Position numbers and translations under genes: made by a program
In this document: in pieces, positions 10,211-19,451 of the stretch
How the letters are laid out: each line of letters begins with the position of its first letter
Position numbering within the stretch: position 1 is the stretch's first letter
Notes under the pieces: model-generated
Databases searched by the model: none
The model's input: the letters and a program-made list of their open reading frames with translations, nothing else
Told to the model about the DNA's origin: nothing
Source: an uncultured Candidatus Poseidoniales archaeon
GTDB taxonomy: Archaea; Thermoplasmatota; Poseidoniia; Poseidoniales; Thalassarchaeaceae
Length of the DNA: 55,293 bases
Assembly: GCA_964598735.1 (NCBI GenBank)
Contig: CAZRCY010000002.1
Location: forward strand, 1-55,293
Direction: 5' to 3'

Positions 10211-11245
10211 TCAGAAATTGGGATGATGCTTGTCCCATATTTCCATCCATCGACTAACATTTTCATCAATATCATCAACAGACACCTTTCTATTTTCAGC
10301 GGTTCCAAATTTGTCTAACGGGATTATTCTGCAACCACATGCATTTGAGTGCCCTCCACCATCTACATCAAAAGCAGTTGCGAGTAGTGTAAGATCGACC
10401 AGTCCACCATTTTTGTGAAGAAATGAATTAGTATAAAATGAGGCACCTAATGGTGGGATTTCACCAGAAATACTTCCTTTTTCATCACCGTGAATAATTA
10501 TGCAAGCATCACAAGCCTCTCCAACCGAGGCCGTAATCCTATATCCTCCTGTACGAGTGCCTGTACCATCAAATCGAACGATAGCTAATCTATTCTCAAT
10601 ACGTAAAGTGCTATTTATTATGTCATCAATGATTTTTGATTCCTGAAATTTTTTTTGTACGAACCCCTCCACGATAGGATTACTCAGAATTTCTTCTATA
10701 GTCACTCCTTTGGATATTGACTTCGCTACCCAGAAAGCAGTAGATGGGGATTCTCGAGCATCAATGCTTCTACTCAATGTAACAATCGGATGATCGGAAA
10801 GGAAATCTTCCTTAGAAATTCCTCCACCATCTAAACGGTCGACCCATTCAATAAATTCCTCCAAATCATCTAGATTATGTTGAGTCTTAACAATGGAGTA
10901 GGTGATTCTTGCCGCAGACATTGTCGGCCTCCATAGATCTAAAACTTCAGAACTAGAGATTTGATTTGTCAAATGATGGTCAATAACTGCTCCTGCGGAT
11001 GGATGGAATGGTAAATCACAGATGATCGTTGATTTGTCAATAAATTTGTCAAAAACTCCTGAACGAATGCCTGGTGGATGTGCAAAAATCACTTCCGCAT
11101 CGGGAAATGCTCTAAGTAGAATCGCTGCAGAGGCGATTCCGTCTAAATCTCCGTCGGTTACAATTCTTGATGGTTTTAATTTTTGTAAATTAATGAGATC
11201 GAACTCGTCTGTATCGTGATTGGTTCGGTCCATATTACGTTCCAA
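10211..11245 (-). CDS. DHH/DHHA1 family phosphoesterase (NrnA/RecJ-like)
   Basis: Motifs DGDLDGIASA, IDHH and the DHHA1 motif DGGGHSNACG. Confidence 0.75.
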   Translation of the reverse strand: MERNMDRTNHDTDEFDLINLQKLKPSRIVTDGDLDGIASAAILLRAFPDAEVIFAHPPGIRSGVFDKFIDKSTIICDLPFHPSAGAVIDHHLTNQISSSEVLDLWRPTMSAARITYSIVKTQHNLDDLEEFIEWVDRLDGGGISKEDFLSDHPIVTLSRSIDARESPSTAFWVAKSISKGVTIEEILSNPIVEGFVQKKFQESKIIDDIINSTLRIENRLAIVRFDGTGTRTGGYRITASVGEACDACIIIHGDEKGSISGEIPPLGASFYTNSFLHKNGGLVDLTLLATAFDVDGGGHSNACGCRIIPLDKFGTAENRKVSVDDIDENVSRWMEIWDKHHPNF

Positions 11246-11307
11246 TGAATTTCTGTTAAGAGCGATTCGGACGAACTATGAAAGAATAGCGCCTCTTCGG
11301 AATTTAT

Positions 11308-11706
11308 ATGGAAACTTCATGTGGTTTAATACTTAGAAATGGTGATTTAATCTTATTACTTCGATATCCACAAGGTCATTGGGGATTTCCCAAAGGTCAT
11401 GTCGAAGAAAATGATTCATCGCATCAAGATACTGCTATAAGAGAATTGGAAGAAGAAACTGGAATAACTGATGTCGAAATTATTGGAAATTGGTTTACAT
11501 CTACAAAATATACCTATATGAAAAAAAATATTCCAACTGAAAAAGAAGTTCATTGGTTTCCCGCAAAAACAAATTCAATGGATATTTCTCTTTCAGAGGA
11601 ACATACTGATTACATATGGATTGACATGGATAGTGCTGAAGAGATAATTACGTTTAAAGAAGAAGTTGCAGTTTTACGAGAAGCACGTAGAATCCTAGGA
11701 TTCTGA
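11308..11706 (+). CDS. NUDIX hydrolase (Ap4A hydrolase-like)
   Basis: Nudix box GHWGFPKGHVEENDSSHQDTAIRELEEETGI. Confidence 0.85.
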   Translation: METSCGLILRNGDLILLLRYPQGHWGFPKGHVEENDSSHQDTAIRELEEETGITDVEIIGNWFTSTKYTYMKKNIPTEKEVHWFPAKTNSMDISLSEEHTDYIWIDMDSAEEIITFKEEVAVLREARRILGF

Positions 11707-12336
11707 ACCTCTGGATGAAAGAGGAATCCATAGTACCTCCTCCTCTCCTAAAGTAAATGTTGCATGACGACAAGCGACAAAAAGCCAGTCTGATAATCTA
11801 TTCAAATAAGCAAGTATTGCAGGCCTAACTGCGTCATCACCTTCGGATTGAGTTAATCTAACTGCACAGCGTTCCGCTCTTCTTGCTACTGTTCTTGCAA
11901 CATGTAATGCCACAATTACTGGAGAGCCGGCTGGTAAAATAAAGGAGTCTAGAGGTGGTGTGTTTTTTGTCCATTCATCCATTTCTGAAACTAGTCTATC
12001 TGCCTGTTCCATGCTAATCAAAGCCATTCCATCAGGAAGAGTTTTTGGATTTCCGGCACACTCGCCACCAACATCGAATAATTCTTGCTGGAGGAGTGAC
12101 AATTTTGGTTCAAGATCGGATTCAAGACGTATTGTTGCAATGCGTATCCCACCATCAGAAGCTTCTTTTGGAAGACGAGACAATTCCATTCTAACACCGC
12201 CTATTGATGAGTTTAATTCATCAATAGTTCCGAATAACTCGACCCTATCGATTGACTTAGCAACGCGTTCACCAGTCAAAAGACTGGTTTCACCACCATC
12301 TCCTCCACCAGTATGAACTCTTGTGATACGGACCAT
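11695..12336 (-). CDS. PduO-type ATP:cob(I)alamin adenosyltransferase
   Basis: N-terminal TRVHTGGGDGGETSL motif and a helical-bundle body typical of the PduO/MMAB family. Confidence 0.8.
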   Translation of the reverse strand: MVRITRVHTGGGDGGETSLLTGERVAKSIDRVELFGTIDELNSSIGGVRMELSRLPKEASDGGIRIATIRLESDLEPKLSLLQQELFDVGGECAGNPKTLPDGMALISMEQADRLVSEMDEWTKNTPPLDSFILPAGSPVIVALHVARTVARRAERCAVRLTQSEGDDAVRPAILAYLNRLSDWLFVACRHATFTLGEEEVLWIPLSSRGSES

Positions 12337-12349
12337 GTATTCTCAATAT

Positions 12350-12655
12350 TCACACGAAATCGGCGGCTTTTGAATCCGTGTGGTGCTCGTGTTGAGCGAT
12401 AATTCGAATTATCGTACGACGGAAAGCATAGACCAACAAAAATGTCCAAAGTATAATTTCTAAAACGGCAATAACCCACGCAATTGGGCCAAATGCTTCG
12501 AATAACATATTTGCATCAAGTGGATTTCCATAAGTACCAATCCAATATGCTTGAACAAGAAGATTTGCACCAAACCATGTTGATAATACCCACAATAGAA
12601 CATTACCCTTCCCCCATGCGGAATTTGGAATATCCCAAGCCATGTTATTATTCAT
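12350..12655 (-). CDS. Small membrane protein, unknown function
   Basis: 101 aa with 2-3 Trp-rich hydrophobic helices. Lies 13 nt upstream of the adenosyltransferase on the same strand. Confidence 0.45.
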   Translation of the reverse strand: MNNNMAWDIPNSAWGKGNVLLWVLSTWFGANLLVQAYWIGTYGNPLDANMLFEAFGPIAWVIAVLEIILWTFLLVYAFRRTIIRIIAQHEHHTDSKAADFV

Positions 12656-12704
12656 GCATAGTAGTTTATCAATCCCTGTTTAGTGTGCGTCGAAAAATGG
12701 CTAA

Positions 12705-13433
12705 TTATTCATCAGATTCAAGATTCGCATTTCCTTGCAATCGGGTACTGATTGCATCTAGCCATGAGGAATCTACTGAACCCCATCCACCAAATCTATC
12801 TAAACGATTAGCGTGAATTTCATAATTTTCAGTATCATCATTGAATTTGTAAATTAAAGCAAGGGCTGCATGAGCCATAGCACTCAATGCTGGATCTTCC
12901 ATATCCCATGATCTTTCAAAATGAGAGATTGCACCACGGTCGCCCATAATCAATCCTCGTTCTAGTTGACGTAATCCAGATTTGGACCATGTTATTCCTT
13001 GTATTCCTACAACTAAACCTCGAAAAAGTAAGTATATCTCTAAAAGAACGAAAACTGATGCTAAAATGAAATTCCCTATCTGTTCTGTAGTAGTTTGCAA
13101 AGTCCAATCCAAGGTCACTAATCCAAAAATTCCCGATACAAGGATGATACCTGAGAAGGGAGCCACAATTACATCACGTTGTGTTCTTCCCATATGATAA
13201 CCTCCGATAATTGTAAACCAGCCCCCCAATATTATTGCCAAAACAGGAGGTACGGGGCTACCTGGCAAGGTACCTGCAGTAGGCCTTGGGGCTTCCAGAG
13301 CCATATAGAGAACTAGAGCAGTTAATAGAAAAATAGAGGCTGCGATATTGCCATGCTCTGGGAATGGTTGATGGCGTGCATACCAAAATAACCCAATTGC
13401 AATAGTGATAAACAAAGTTACCCATATCAGCAT
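12705..13433 (-). CDS. Membrane protein with soluble C-terminal helical domain
   Basis: 242 aa with about 5 TM segments followed by a soluble helical tail. Same strand and cluster as the adenosyltransferase. Confidence 0.5.
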   Translation of the reverse strand: MLIWVTLFITIAIGLFWYARHQPFPEHGNIAASIFLLTALVLYMALEAPRPTAGTLPGSPVPPVLAIILGGWFTIIGGYHMGRTQRDVIVAPFSGIILVSGIFGLVTLDWTLQTTTEQIGNFILASVFVLLEIYLLFRGLVVGIQGITWSKSGLRQLERGLIMGDRGAISHFERSWDMEDPALSAMAHAALALIYKFNDDTENYEIHANRLDRFGGWGSVDSSWLDAISTRLQGNANLESDE

Positions 13434-13442
13434 AATTTCACC

Positions 13443-13841
13443 TCACAATTCAGTATTTGGAGAACCATCGTCTCCTCTCCACCCGGGCTTCCAAAATTCA
13501 ATATCATCTAACCATTGGAGCCATTCTTCAGATGTTGCTCTCAGTAACCGAAATGCCCTTCTATCTAATCCCTGCAATAAGTCATCACTAATTTCCCCCC
13601 TTGAATGTGCATCAGTCCATTCAATTTGCATTTCTCTGACTCTAGCCTGTCCAGAAGCGGGATTTTGATACTCTCGTTCACATACCTCTTGCAATTCAAT
13701 CAGCCACATTCTTGAGCCTTTGATGTGAAGATTGTCGACAAAGGTGTCCGAACTCTTCCTAGAGAATGGCCACCATGACATGATTGACCGTTGAGGGCGA
13801 GGCCTTTGAACCCTAAGTTTTGTAGAATGGATCAAGAACAA
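13443..13841 (-). CDS. Hypothetical soluble protein
   Basis: 132-aa ORF, first gene of the minus-strand cluster. An internal ATG (MSWWPF) at 13781 is an alternative start. No motif recognised. Confidence 0.4.
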   Translation of the reverse strand: MFLIHSTKLRVQRPRPQRSIMSWWPFSRKSSDTFVDNLHIKGSRMWLIELQEVCEREYQNPASGQARVREMQIEWTDAHSRGEISDDLLQGLDRRAFRLLRATSEEWLQWLDDIEFWKPGWRGDDGSPNTEL

Positions 13842-13860
13842 TTACTATTTCACCAAGAAT

Positions 13861-14292
13861 ATGGCACGTGTCAATGTACATCTCCATGGTAAAGCAAGAG
13901 ATGGTGCATATTCTACACTCATCGAAACTTATGCCAAGAGACTAGAAAGACGGGGGGTTAGTATCACTCGACATTCTGGAAGATTAAGTCTAGATGAATA
14001 TGTTTCAAAATTACAAAGAGAAAAAGGCAATCTAATTCTTCTTGATGAAAATGGACCTGCGATTAGTACAGAACAATTTGTACAAAAATGGAATTCATGG
14101 AAAAGGGGTTCAAAGACGATTCATCTCGCTGTAGGTCCTGTAGATGGCTGGAAAGAGGAGTTACCATTAAAATATGAAAAACTAGGATTGGGCCCATTGA
14201 CAATGACATATGAAATGGCAGCTGTGGTTCTGTTAGAGCAATTGTATAGATGCTCGGAAATAGAGCGTGGAAGTAGGTATCACCGACAATAG
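13861..14292 (+). CDS. rlmH: SPOUT methyltransferase RlmH-like (23S rRNA m3-pseudouridine methyltransferase family)
   Basis: The length and layout match RlmH. Motifs: LILLDENGPAISTEQF, IHLAVGPVDGW, LGLGPLTMTYEMAAVVLLEQLYR and a C-terminal YH. Confidence 0.7.
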   Translation: MARVNVHLHGKARDGAYSTLIETYAKRLERRGVSITRHSGRLSLDEYVSKLQREKGNLILLDENGPAISTEQFVQKWNSWKRGSKTIHLAVGPVDGWKEELPLKYEKLGLGPLTMTYEMAAVVLLEQLYRCSEIERGSRYHRQ

Positions 14293-14373
14293 TAAATGAA
14301 TGAATAATCAAGAATCTTGATAATTTCAAGGATTAGAGTTCAATAACCCTCGACTTGCAAGGTCTACAAACTT

Positions 14374-16635
14374 GTGAGTAGCCCTTCGACATCCGGTCGA
14401 AGGAGGACTACAGCAGGAGGTGGACAAATGGCAAGACGCGCGACTAGCACAATGAAGCAAGCCAGTATCAGCGAATTCTTTGAAAAGAACAAACATTTTC
14501 TAGGATATGATTCGGTACAAAGATCGATAATTACAGCTGTCAAAGAGGCTATCGATAATTCATTAGATGCTTGTGAAGAACATAGAATATTACCTACAAT
14601 TTCAATTGAATTACGACGTATACCAAACAAAACTGATAGGATATTGATGATAGCACAAGATAACGGACCAGGAATTCCTGCTAAGTCAATTGAGAAGGTT
14701 TTTGGTTCACTATTATTTGGGTCTAGGTTTCATACTATCAGACAAACTAGGGGGCAGCAAGGAATTGGTATTACTGGAGTTGTAATGTACAGTCAGTTAA
14801 CGACGGGCAAAACAACACATGTGGTTTCAAAAATTGCAAAAGATGCAACTGCATTGAAAATGGATATTGGCTTAGATACAAAAAAGAATGCTGCAATTGT
14901 CTCTAATCGAGAGAGAATTCATGGATTTGTCGATCATAATGGCTTACCTGTTGAACATGGCCTTCGGATCGAAGCTCCTATGAAAGCGAAATTTCAACGG
15001 GGGAAAAAAAGTGTAGGTCAGTATCTCAGAATGACTGCTATAGTTAATCCTCATGCTACGATACGTTTTCATGCATACAATGAAGAGAATGAATTGATAG
15101 ATAGTTTCGTCTCCGAAAGGGTCACTGACAGGTTGCCACGTCCGGTAAGAGAAATTAAGCCACATCCACATGGAATCGAAATTGGTTCATTGAATAGATT
15201 GCTAAGGGATTCTTCTGAAAGAAACATGAGAGGTTTTTTGCGCCATACATTTTCTGGAATTCCGATGAGAGCGATGAAGGAAATTCTTGAACGGTCTGAT
15301 GTGGATCAAAAAATCGCTCCTGGAAAAGTTACTCCGGAAGCATCTCAACAAATTCTTACATCGTTCAACGAGGTCAGACTGATGCCTCCCCCAACTGATT
15401 GTTTATCTCCAATCGAAGATTTGTTGATCAAAAAGGGACTAGAAAAGGGAGTTGATTCTGCCTTTGTCTCTACACTTACCAGAGCTCCTGGTGTAGCAAA
15501 TGGTAATCCATTTCAAGTTGAGGTCGGACTAATTTATGGAAATTCAGATGTATCTGCAGATGGACCTATCGAAGTCCTAAGATTCGCAAATAGAGTGCCT
15601 CTGATGTATCAACAAGGAGGGTGTCTTCTTACCAAAGGGATAGAATCCGTGAGTTGGAAAGGATATGGATTAGATCAACCAGGAGGTAAGGGGTTGCCCA
15701 AAGGAGCAGCTACGATATTGGTTCATCTTGCCAGCACGAATGTTCAATTTACCTCAGAAGCAAAAGAAGCAGTTGCTGAAAATGAAGTAGTAATGACTGA
15801 AATCCGTAAGGCATTACAGGAAATTGGTAGGCATTTGAAAAACCATAAAAAGAAGAGTGCTCAAAAAGCGAAAACAAGAGAAAAATTCGAATTAGTTAAT
15901 GAAATTCTACCTGCTATCGCCACAAAAGCATCTAGTCTCTTAGGTCGCACAGAGCCTGATTTAAGCCCCATTATTACAAAAATAATGAATGCTGTATTTT
16001 GTGAGGATAATGTTGTATGGGATAAGGAGGCTAAATTACATAGATGTGAGATAAAAATTCACAATTATTCCGCTAGGCCTAGAGCATATTCAATCCTTGC
16101 CCAATATCCTGAAAAAGATGGTGTAGAAATCATTGAGAATGAATTAGGAGGAAAGAGAGAAGTTAAAGGAATATGGTGTTGGAAATTAGAAACTATTCCT
16201 CCGAACGAAGAAGGAGTAATCCGATTTGCTCTGAAAGGCCTAGCACATAATGACTGGAATAGTACGGAGGTTTTCTTCCGTGGCGCTGGCGATATAATCG
16301 GGGCATCCAAAATAGATGAGGAAATTTTGATTGAAATTCAAAAAGAAGAAGAAAGAGCGTTGGAAGTAGCCAAAGAACAGGCTTCGATGATAGCAGAGGA
16401 TGCTATGGAGTCAGATCAAGATAATTCTGGTGACCTTAATGAATTGGAATTAGCAGATGCCATGAAAGGTGTGTTAGGAAATTCAATACCTCAAAAATTA
16501 CCTGAAGAGATTATCGATATACATGACCTAGATAATAGTGGAACATTAGATCAAAGTGAAGTTGAAAAGGCTATTTTACAATCTAACGAACCAAAAGAAT
16601 GGAGATTTGATGAATATGAGGAGAATGATGAATAA
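14374..16635 (+). CDS. top6B: DNA topoisomerase VI subunit B with C-terminal acidic EF-hand-pair extension
   Basis: GHKL/Bergerat motifs: EFFEKNKHFLGYD, AVKEAIDNSLDA, QDNGPGIP and GQQGIG. The track starts at GTG 14374; ATG 14428 (MARRATS) is an alternative start. The tail carries DQDNSGDLNELE and DLDNSGTLDQSE. Confidence 0.9.
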   Translation: MSSPSTSGRRRTTAGGGQMARRATSTMKQASISEFFEKNKHFLGYDSVQRSIITAVKEAIDNSLDACEEHRILPTISIELRRIPNKTDRILMIAQDNGPGIPAKSIEKVFGSLLFGSRFHTIRQTRGQQGIGITGVVMYSQLTTGKTTHVVSKIAKDATALKMDIGLDTKKNAAIVSNRERIHGFVDHNGLPVEHGLRIEAPMKAKFQRGKKSVGQYLRMTAIVNPHATIRFHAYNEENELIDSFVSERVTDRLPRPVREIKPHPHGIEIGSLNRLLRDSSERNMRGFLRHTFSGIPMRAMKEILERSDVDQKIAPGKVTPEASQQILTSFNEVRLMPPPTDCLSPIEDLLIKKGLEKGVDSAFVSTLTRAPGVANGNPFQVEVGLIYGNSDVSADGPIEVLRFANRVPLMYQQGGCLLTKGIESVSWKGYGLDQPGGKGLPKGAATILVHLASTNVQFTSEAKEAVAENEVVMTEIRKALQEIGRHLKNHKKKSAQKAKTREKFELVNEILPAIATKASSLLGRTEPDLSPIITKIMNAVFCEDNVVWDKEAKLHRCEIKIHNYSARPRAYSILAQYPEKDGVEIIENELGGKREVKGIWCWKLETIPPNEEGVIRFALKGLAHNDWNSTEVFFRGAGDIIGASKIDEEILIEIQKEEERALEVAKEQASMIAEDAMESDQDNSGDLNELELADAMKGVLGNSIPQKLPEEIIDIHDLDNSGTLDQSEVEKAILQSNEPKEWRFDEYEENDE

Positions 16636-17735
16636 TGTCTGAAGCAAAAAATAGAGAAGAAGTGATTCAGAGTTTGAATGAAGTTGTAGAAGAAATGCAT
16701 GACCGAATGTTAAAGGGTACTCCTCCAACAATGACCTTACCTGTACGAGCAAAAACAAATATAGAGTTTGATCAAAGATTAGGTGTTTACAAATATGGTA
16801 AGAAGAAAACAATACGTGATGCTAGTAGTCTAGGATCTGCTAGACAATTACTTCGTGCTTTACATGTGATTGAATTTATTGAAGAGATGATAGATAGTGA
16901 AAAATCATCTACACTCAGAGAAATGTATTACATTTCAGAGGGCTGGGGATTAGGGAAGTTTGATAATCAGAATGGAAGCAATAATCTTGCTGAAGATCTT
17001 GAAATCGTGACTAAGTGCATGAGAGAAGATTTCAAATTGCGACCCGAAGAAGATGGTGCTCGAATGATTGGAAATGTTACCATTGAAGAAAGAAACAGAC
17101 GTGGGGAATGGATGTCAATAAATTGTCGAGATGACGTAGGAGATTCAGGTTATGGTTTACCATATAATGTAGAGCCAGAAAAAATTAGACTAATCGATGA
17201 AGACATTGACTACATTATGGCTATAGAAACTGGTGGAATGTTCGATAGGTTGGTAGAAAATGGATTTGATGAAGATTCTAGGTGCGCATTAATTCACCTA
17301 AAAGGCCAGCCTGCAAGATCTACGCGTAGAATGATTAAGCGTATGTCAGAAACGTGGAATAAGCCTGTTATGGTTTTCGCTGACTGTGATCCTTGGTCAT
17401 TCAGAATTTTCGCTAGTATAGCATACGGTGCAATAAAAACCGCGCATATTTCCGAATATCTAGCAACGACCGGAGCAGAATATCTCGGAATTACAGCAGA
17501 TGATATTGAAGCATATGATCTACCAAGTGACAAATTAACTCCAAAGGACATTGAAGCGTTAAAGGCAGAGCTCAGTGATCCGAGATTTTCTACGGGAGCT
17601 TGGCAAGACCAGATTAATATGATGTTGGAAAATGGAAAAAAGGCTGAACAACAGTCTTTAGCCAAATATGGATTGGATTACGTTACTGATGAGTACCTTC
17701 CTCAAAAATTAGCAGAATTTGGTCTAGGTGGATAA
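16635..17735 (+). CDS. top6A: DNA topoisomerase VI subunit A (Spo11 family)
   Basis: The start overlaps the top6B stop (ATAATG). Motifs: [10 protein letters not shown] (catalytic Tyr region) and the Toprim [10 protein letters not shown] ... DCDPWS. Confidence 0.9.
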   Translation: MSEAKNREEVIQSLNEVVEEMHDRMLKGTPPTMTLPVRAKTNIEFDQRLGVYKYGKKKTIRDASSLGSARQLLRALHVIEFIEEMIDSEKSSTLREMYYISEGWGLGKFDNQNGSNNLAEDLEIVTKCMREDFKLRPEEDGARMIGNVTIEERNRRGEWMSINCRDDVGDSGYGLPYNVEPEKIRLIDEDIDYIMAIETGGMFDRLVENGFDEDSRCALIHLKGQPARSTRRMIKRMSETWNKPVMVFADCDPWSFRIFASIAYGAIKTAHISEYLATTGAEYLGITADDIEAYDLPSDKLTPKDIEALKAELSDPRFSTGAWQDQINMMLENGKKAEQQSLAKYGLDYVTDEYLPQKLAEFGLGG

Positions 17736-17766
17736 TTCAGCATACAACACTAGGGGTTTCATTTTC

Positions 17767-18642
17767 ATGACAAATGAACAAGAAAAGAAAAAGCCGTTGG
17801 GAAAATGGCTGGCCTTCATAGCAATGGGTTTGATTACAGTATCATTTATTTCATTTTCAAATTCAATGGATGATATTGAAAATCTTGTTGATCCTGGACA
17901 AAATAATTCTGGAATAATTGACCCCGATTCAAGCAAGGAAATTATGCTCGAAGATAATCGTATTTACACCATTTTGCGGATTGTTGAAAATATTAATGAT
18001 GAAGCTAAATTAGATTTAGAAATTACAAATTCTAATGATAAAATGATAGACATAGATGAACCTACATGGATGCAGCCACAAAGAACCGGAGAAGGTGGAA
18101 GTGTAGTTTATGACCCTGTAGGAACTATCTCTTTGACTCAATCAGGAGAGTATAATTTCAAAAATAGTAATTCTACATCTGCAATATATGTTGTAGATGA
18201 TCAGTCTGTTGACCTACAAGCATTTCAAGAACCAGGGATTTTAATTGCTTTTATTTCGTGTTGTTTTGGACTGATGATACTGCCCCTTTCACTTATAGTT
18301 CACTTATTTGTCAGAAGGGAAAAAGTCGAACAGAAAGTTATTATTCAAAAAATGCCAATGGATCGTATACCTACTACAGATGAATTATTTTTAATTCGCG
18401 AAGGTAAACTAGATTCGCAAAAAATACAAGGAACGAAACCGAAAAAATCTATTCCTCCCCCATTCACAGATATGTCGAATAAAAGAGTACATGCTCCTGC
18501 TTACAAGACACAGCCTGATTTTGAAGATGATAAAGAAACTAATCAGGGAATTGGTGCTGCAAAGAAAATCTCAAAGGCAGAAATCGAAAAACAAAACGAC
18601 CCCAAAGTGGATGAAGACTGGCAGACCTGGGATTCGGGTTGA
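17767..18642 (+). CDS. Membrane protein with two TM segments, unknown function
   Basis: ATG at 17767 is preceded by AGGGG; the track ORF starts at GTG 17728, overlapping the top6A stop. An N-terminal TM and a second TM (LIAFISCCFGLMILPL) are followed by a Lys/Asp-rich tail. Confidence 0.5.
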   Translation: MTNEQEKKKPLGKWLAFIAMGLITVSFISFSNSMDDIENLVDPGQNNSGIIDPDSSKEIMLEDNRIYTILRIVENINDEAKLDLEITNSNDKMIDIDEPTWMQPQRTGEGGSVVYDPVGTISLTQSGEYNFKNSNSTSAIYVVDDQSVDLQAFQEPGILIAFISCCFGLMILPLSLIVHLFVRREKVEQKVIIQKMPMDRIPTTDELFLIREGKLDSQKIQGTKPKKSIPPPFTDMSNKRVHAPAYKTQPDFEDDKETNQGIGAAKKISKAEIEKQNDPKVDEDWQTWDSG

Positions 18643-18710
18643 TTCAATCTTCGTTCCCAACGAGTTTTTACGAGAGGGGTGACTACCTAACCACAGGTTG
18701 GGATGTTATA

Positions 18711-19445
18711 ATGGACTTTGATCGTGCTATTGAAATCCTAAGTAACCCTACACGTCGTGAAATTTTGAAGCGATTAGTCCGTGAACCTCACTATCCCCTT
18801 CAACTCTCTGAACACCTAGATGTAAGTCAACAGGCTATTGTAAAACATCTTAATGTTCTGGAAGAGAATGGATTTGTTGAGTGTGAAAAGGTCGCGTCTG
18901 AAAAGGGGGGTCCTCCAAAAAAAATTTACACAGTTCAACAATCATTCAGTCTTCGAATGGATCTAGGACCAGATTTGTTTAGAATGAAACATACACCATT
19001 ACCTAAAGGAAGTCCGGTTAATCTTTCATTATCAAAATCTATGTCTGATTCTGCAGTAAAAATAGCTAATCAAATCAGTAGAAGAAGGAAGATGTCCATT
19101 TCAGAAGGGGCAGGATATATTGCTCATATCCAAGAAATGTTAGACAATATAGATGCAGAGAGGGATTCATTGGTTGCTCTTCATCAGCATGTATTGAAAC
19201 GTGTATCAAAAACAGTTGATGGTGAATTTGAATCATACAAAGAAAGATCTATTGTCCATACCATCTTGGAAGACCCAAGCAGACCATTAGATCTGGATAG
19301 AGTAGCAAGAGACTTGTTAATTCATTCAAGGGATATGCGAATGGTCATTGACGGAATCAGAGGACATTTAGCAAATACAAATACGGAAGAAATTTTCATG
19401 CCAGCTGACTCTACAACTCCTCTTCCTTGGTGGATACAAGGATAA
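18711..19445 (+). CDS. ArsR-family winged-helix transcription regulator with long C-terminal domain
   Basis: wHTH segment NPTRREILKRLVREPHYPLQLSEHLDVSQQAIVKHLNVLEENGFVE. The ATG at 18711 is preferred over the TTG at 18639. Confidence 0.7.
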   Translation: MDFDRAIEILSNPTRREILKRLVREPHYPLQLSEHLDVSQQAIVKHLNVLEENGFVECEKVASEKGGPPKKIYTVQQSFSLRMDLGPDLFRMKHTPLPKGSPVNLSLSKSMSDSAVKIANQISRRRKMSISEGAGYIAHIQEMLDNIDAERDSLVALHQHVLKRVSKTVDGEFESYKERSIVHTILEDPSRPLDLDRVARDLLIHSRDMRMVIDGIRGHLANTNTEEIFMPADSTTPLPWWIQG

Positions 19446-19451
19446 GGAAAA

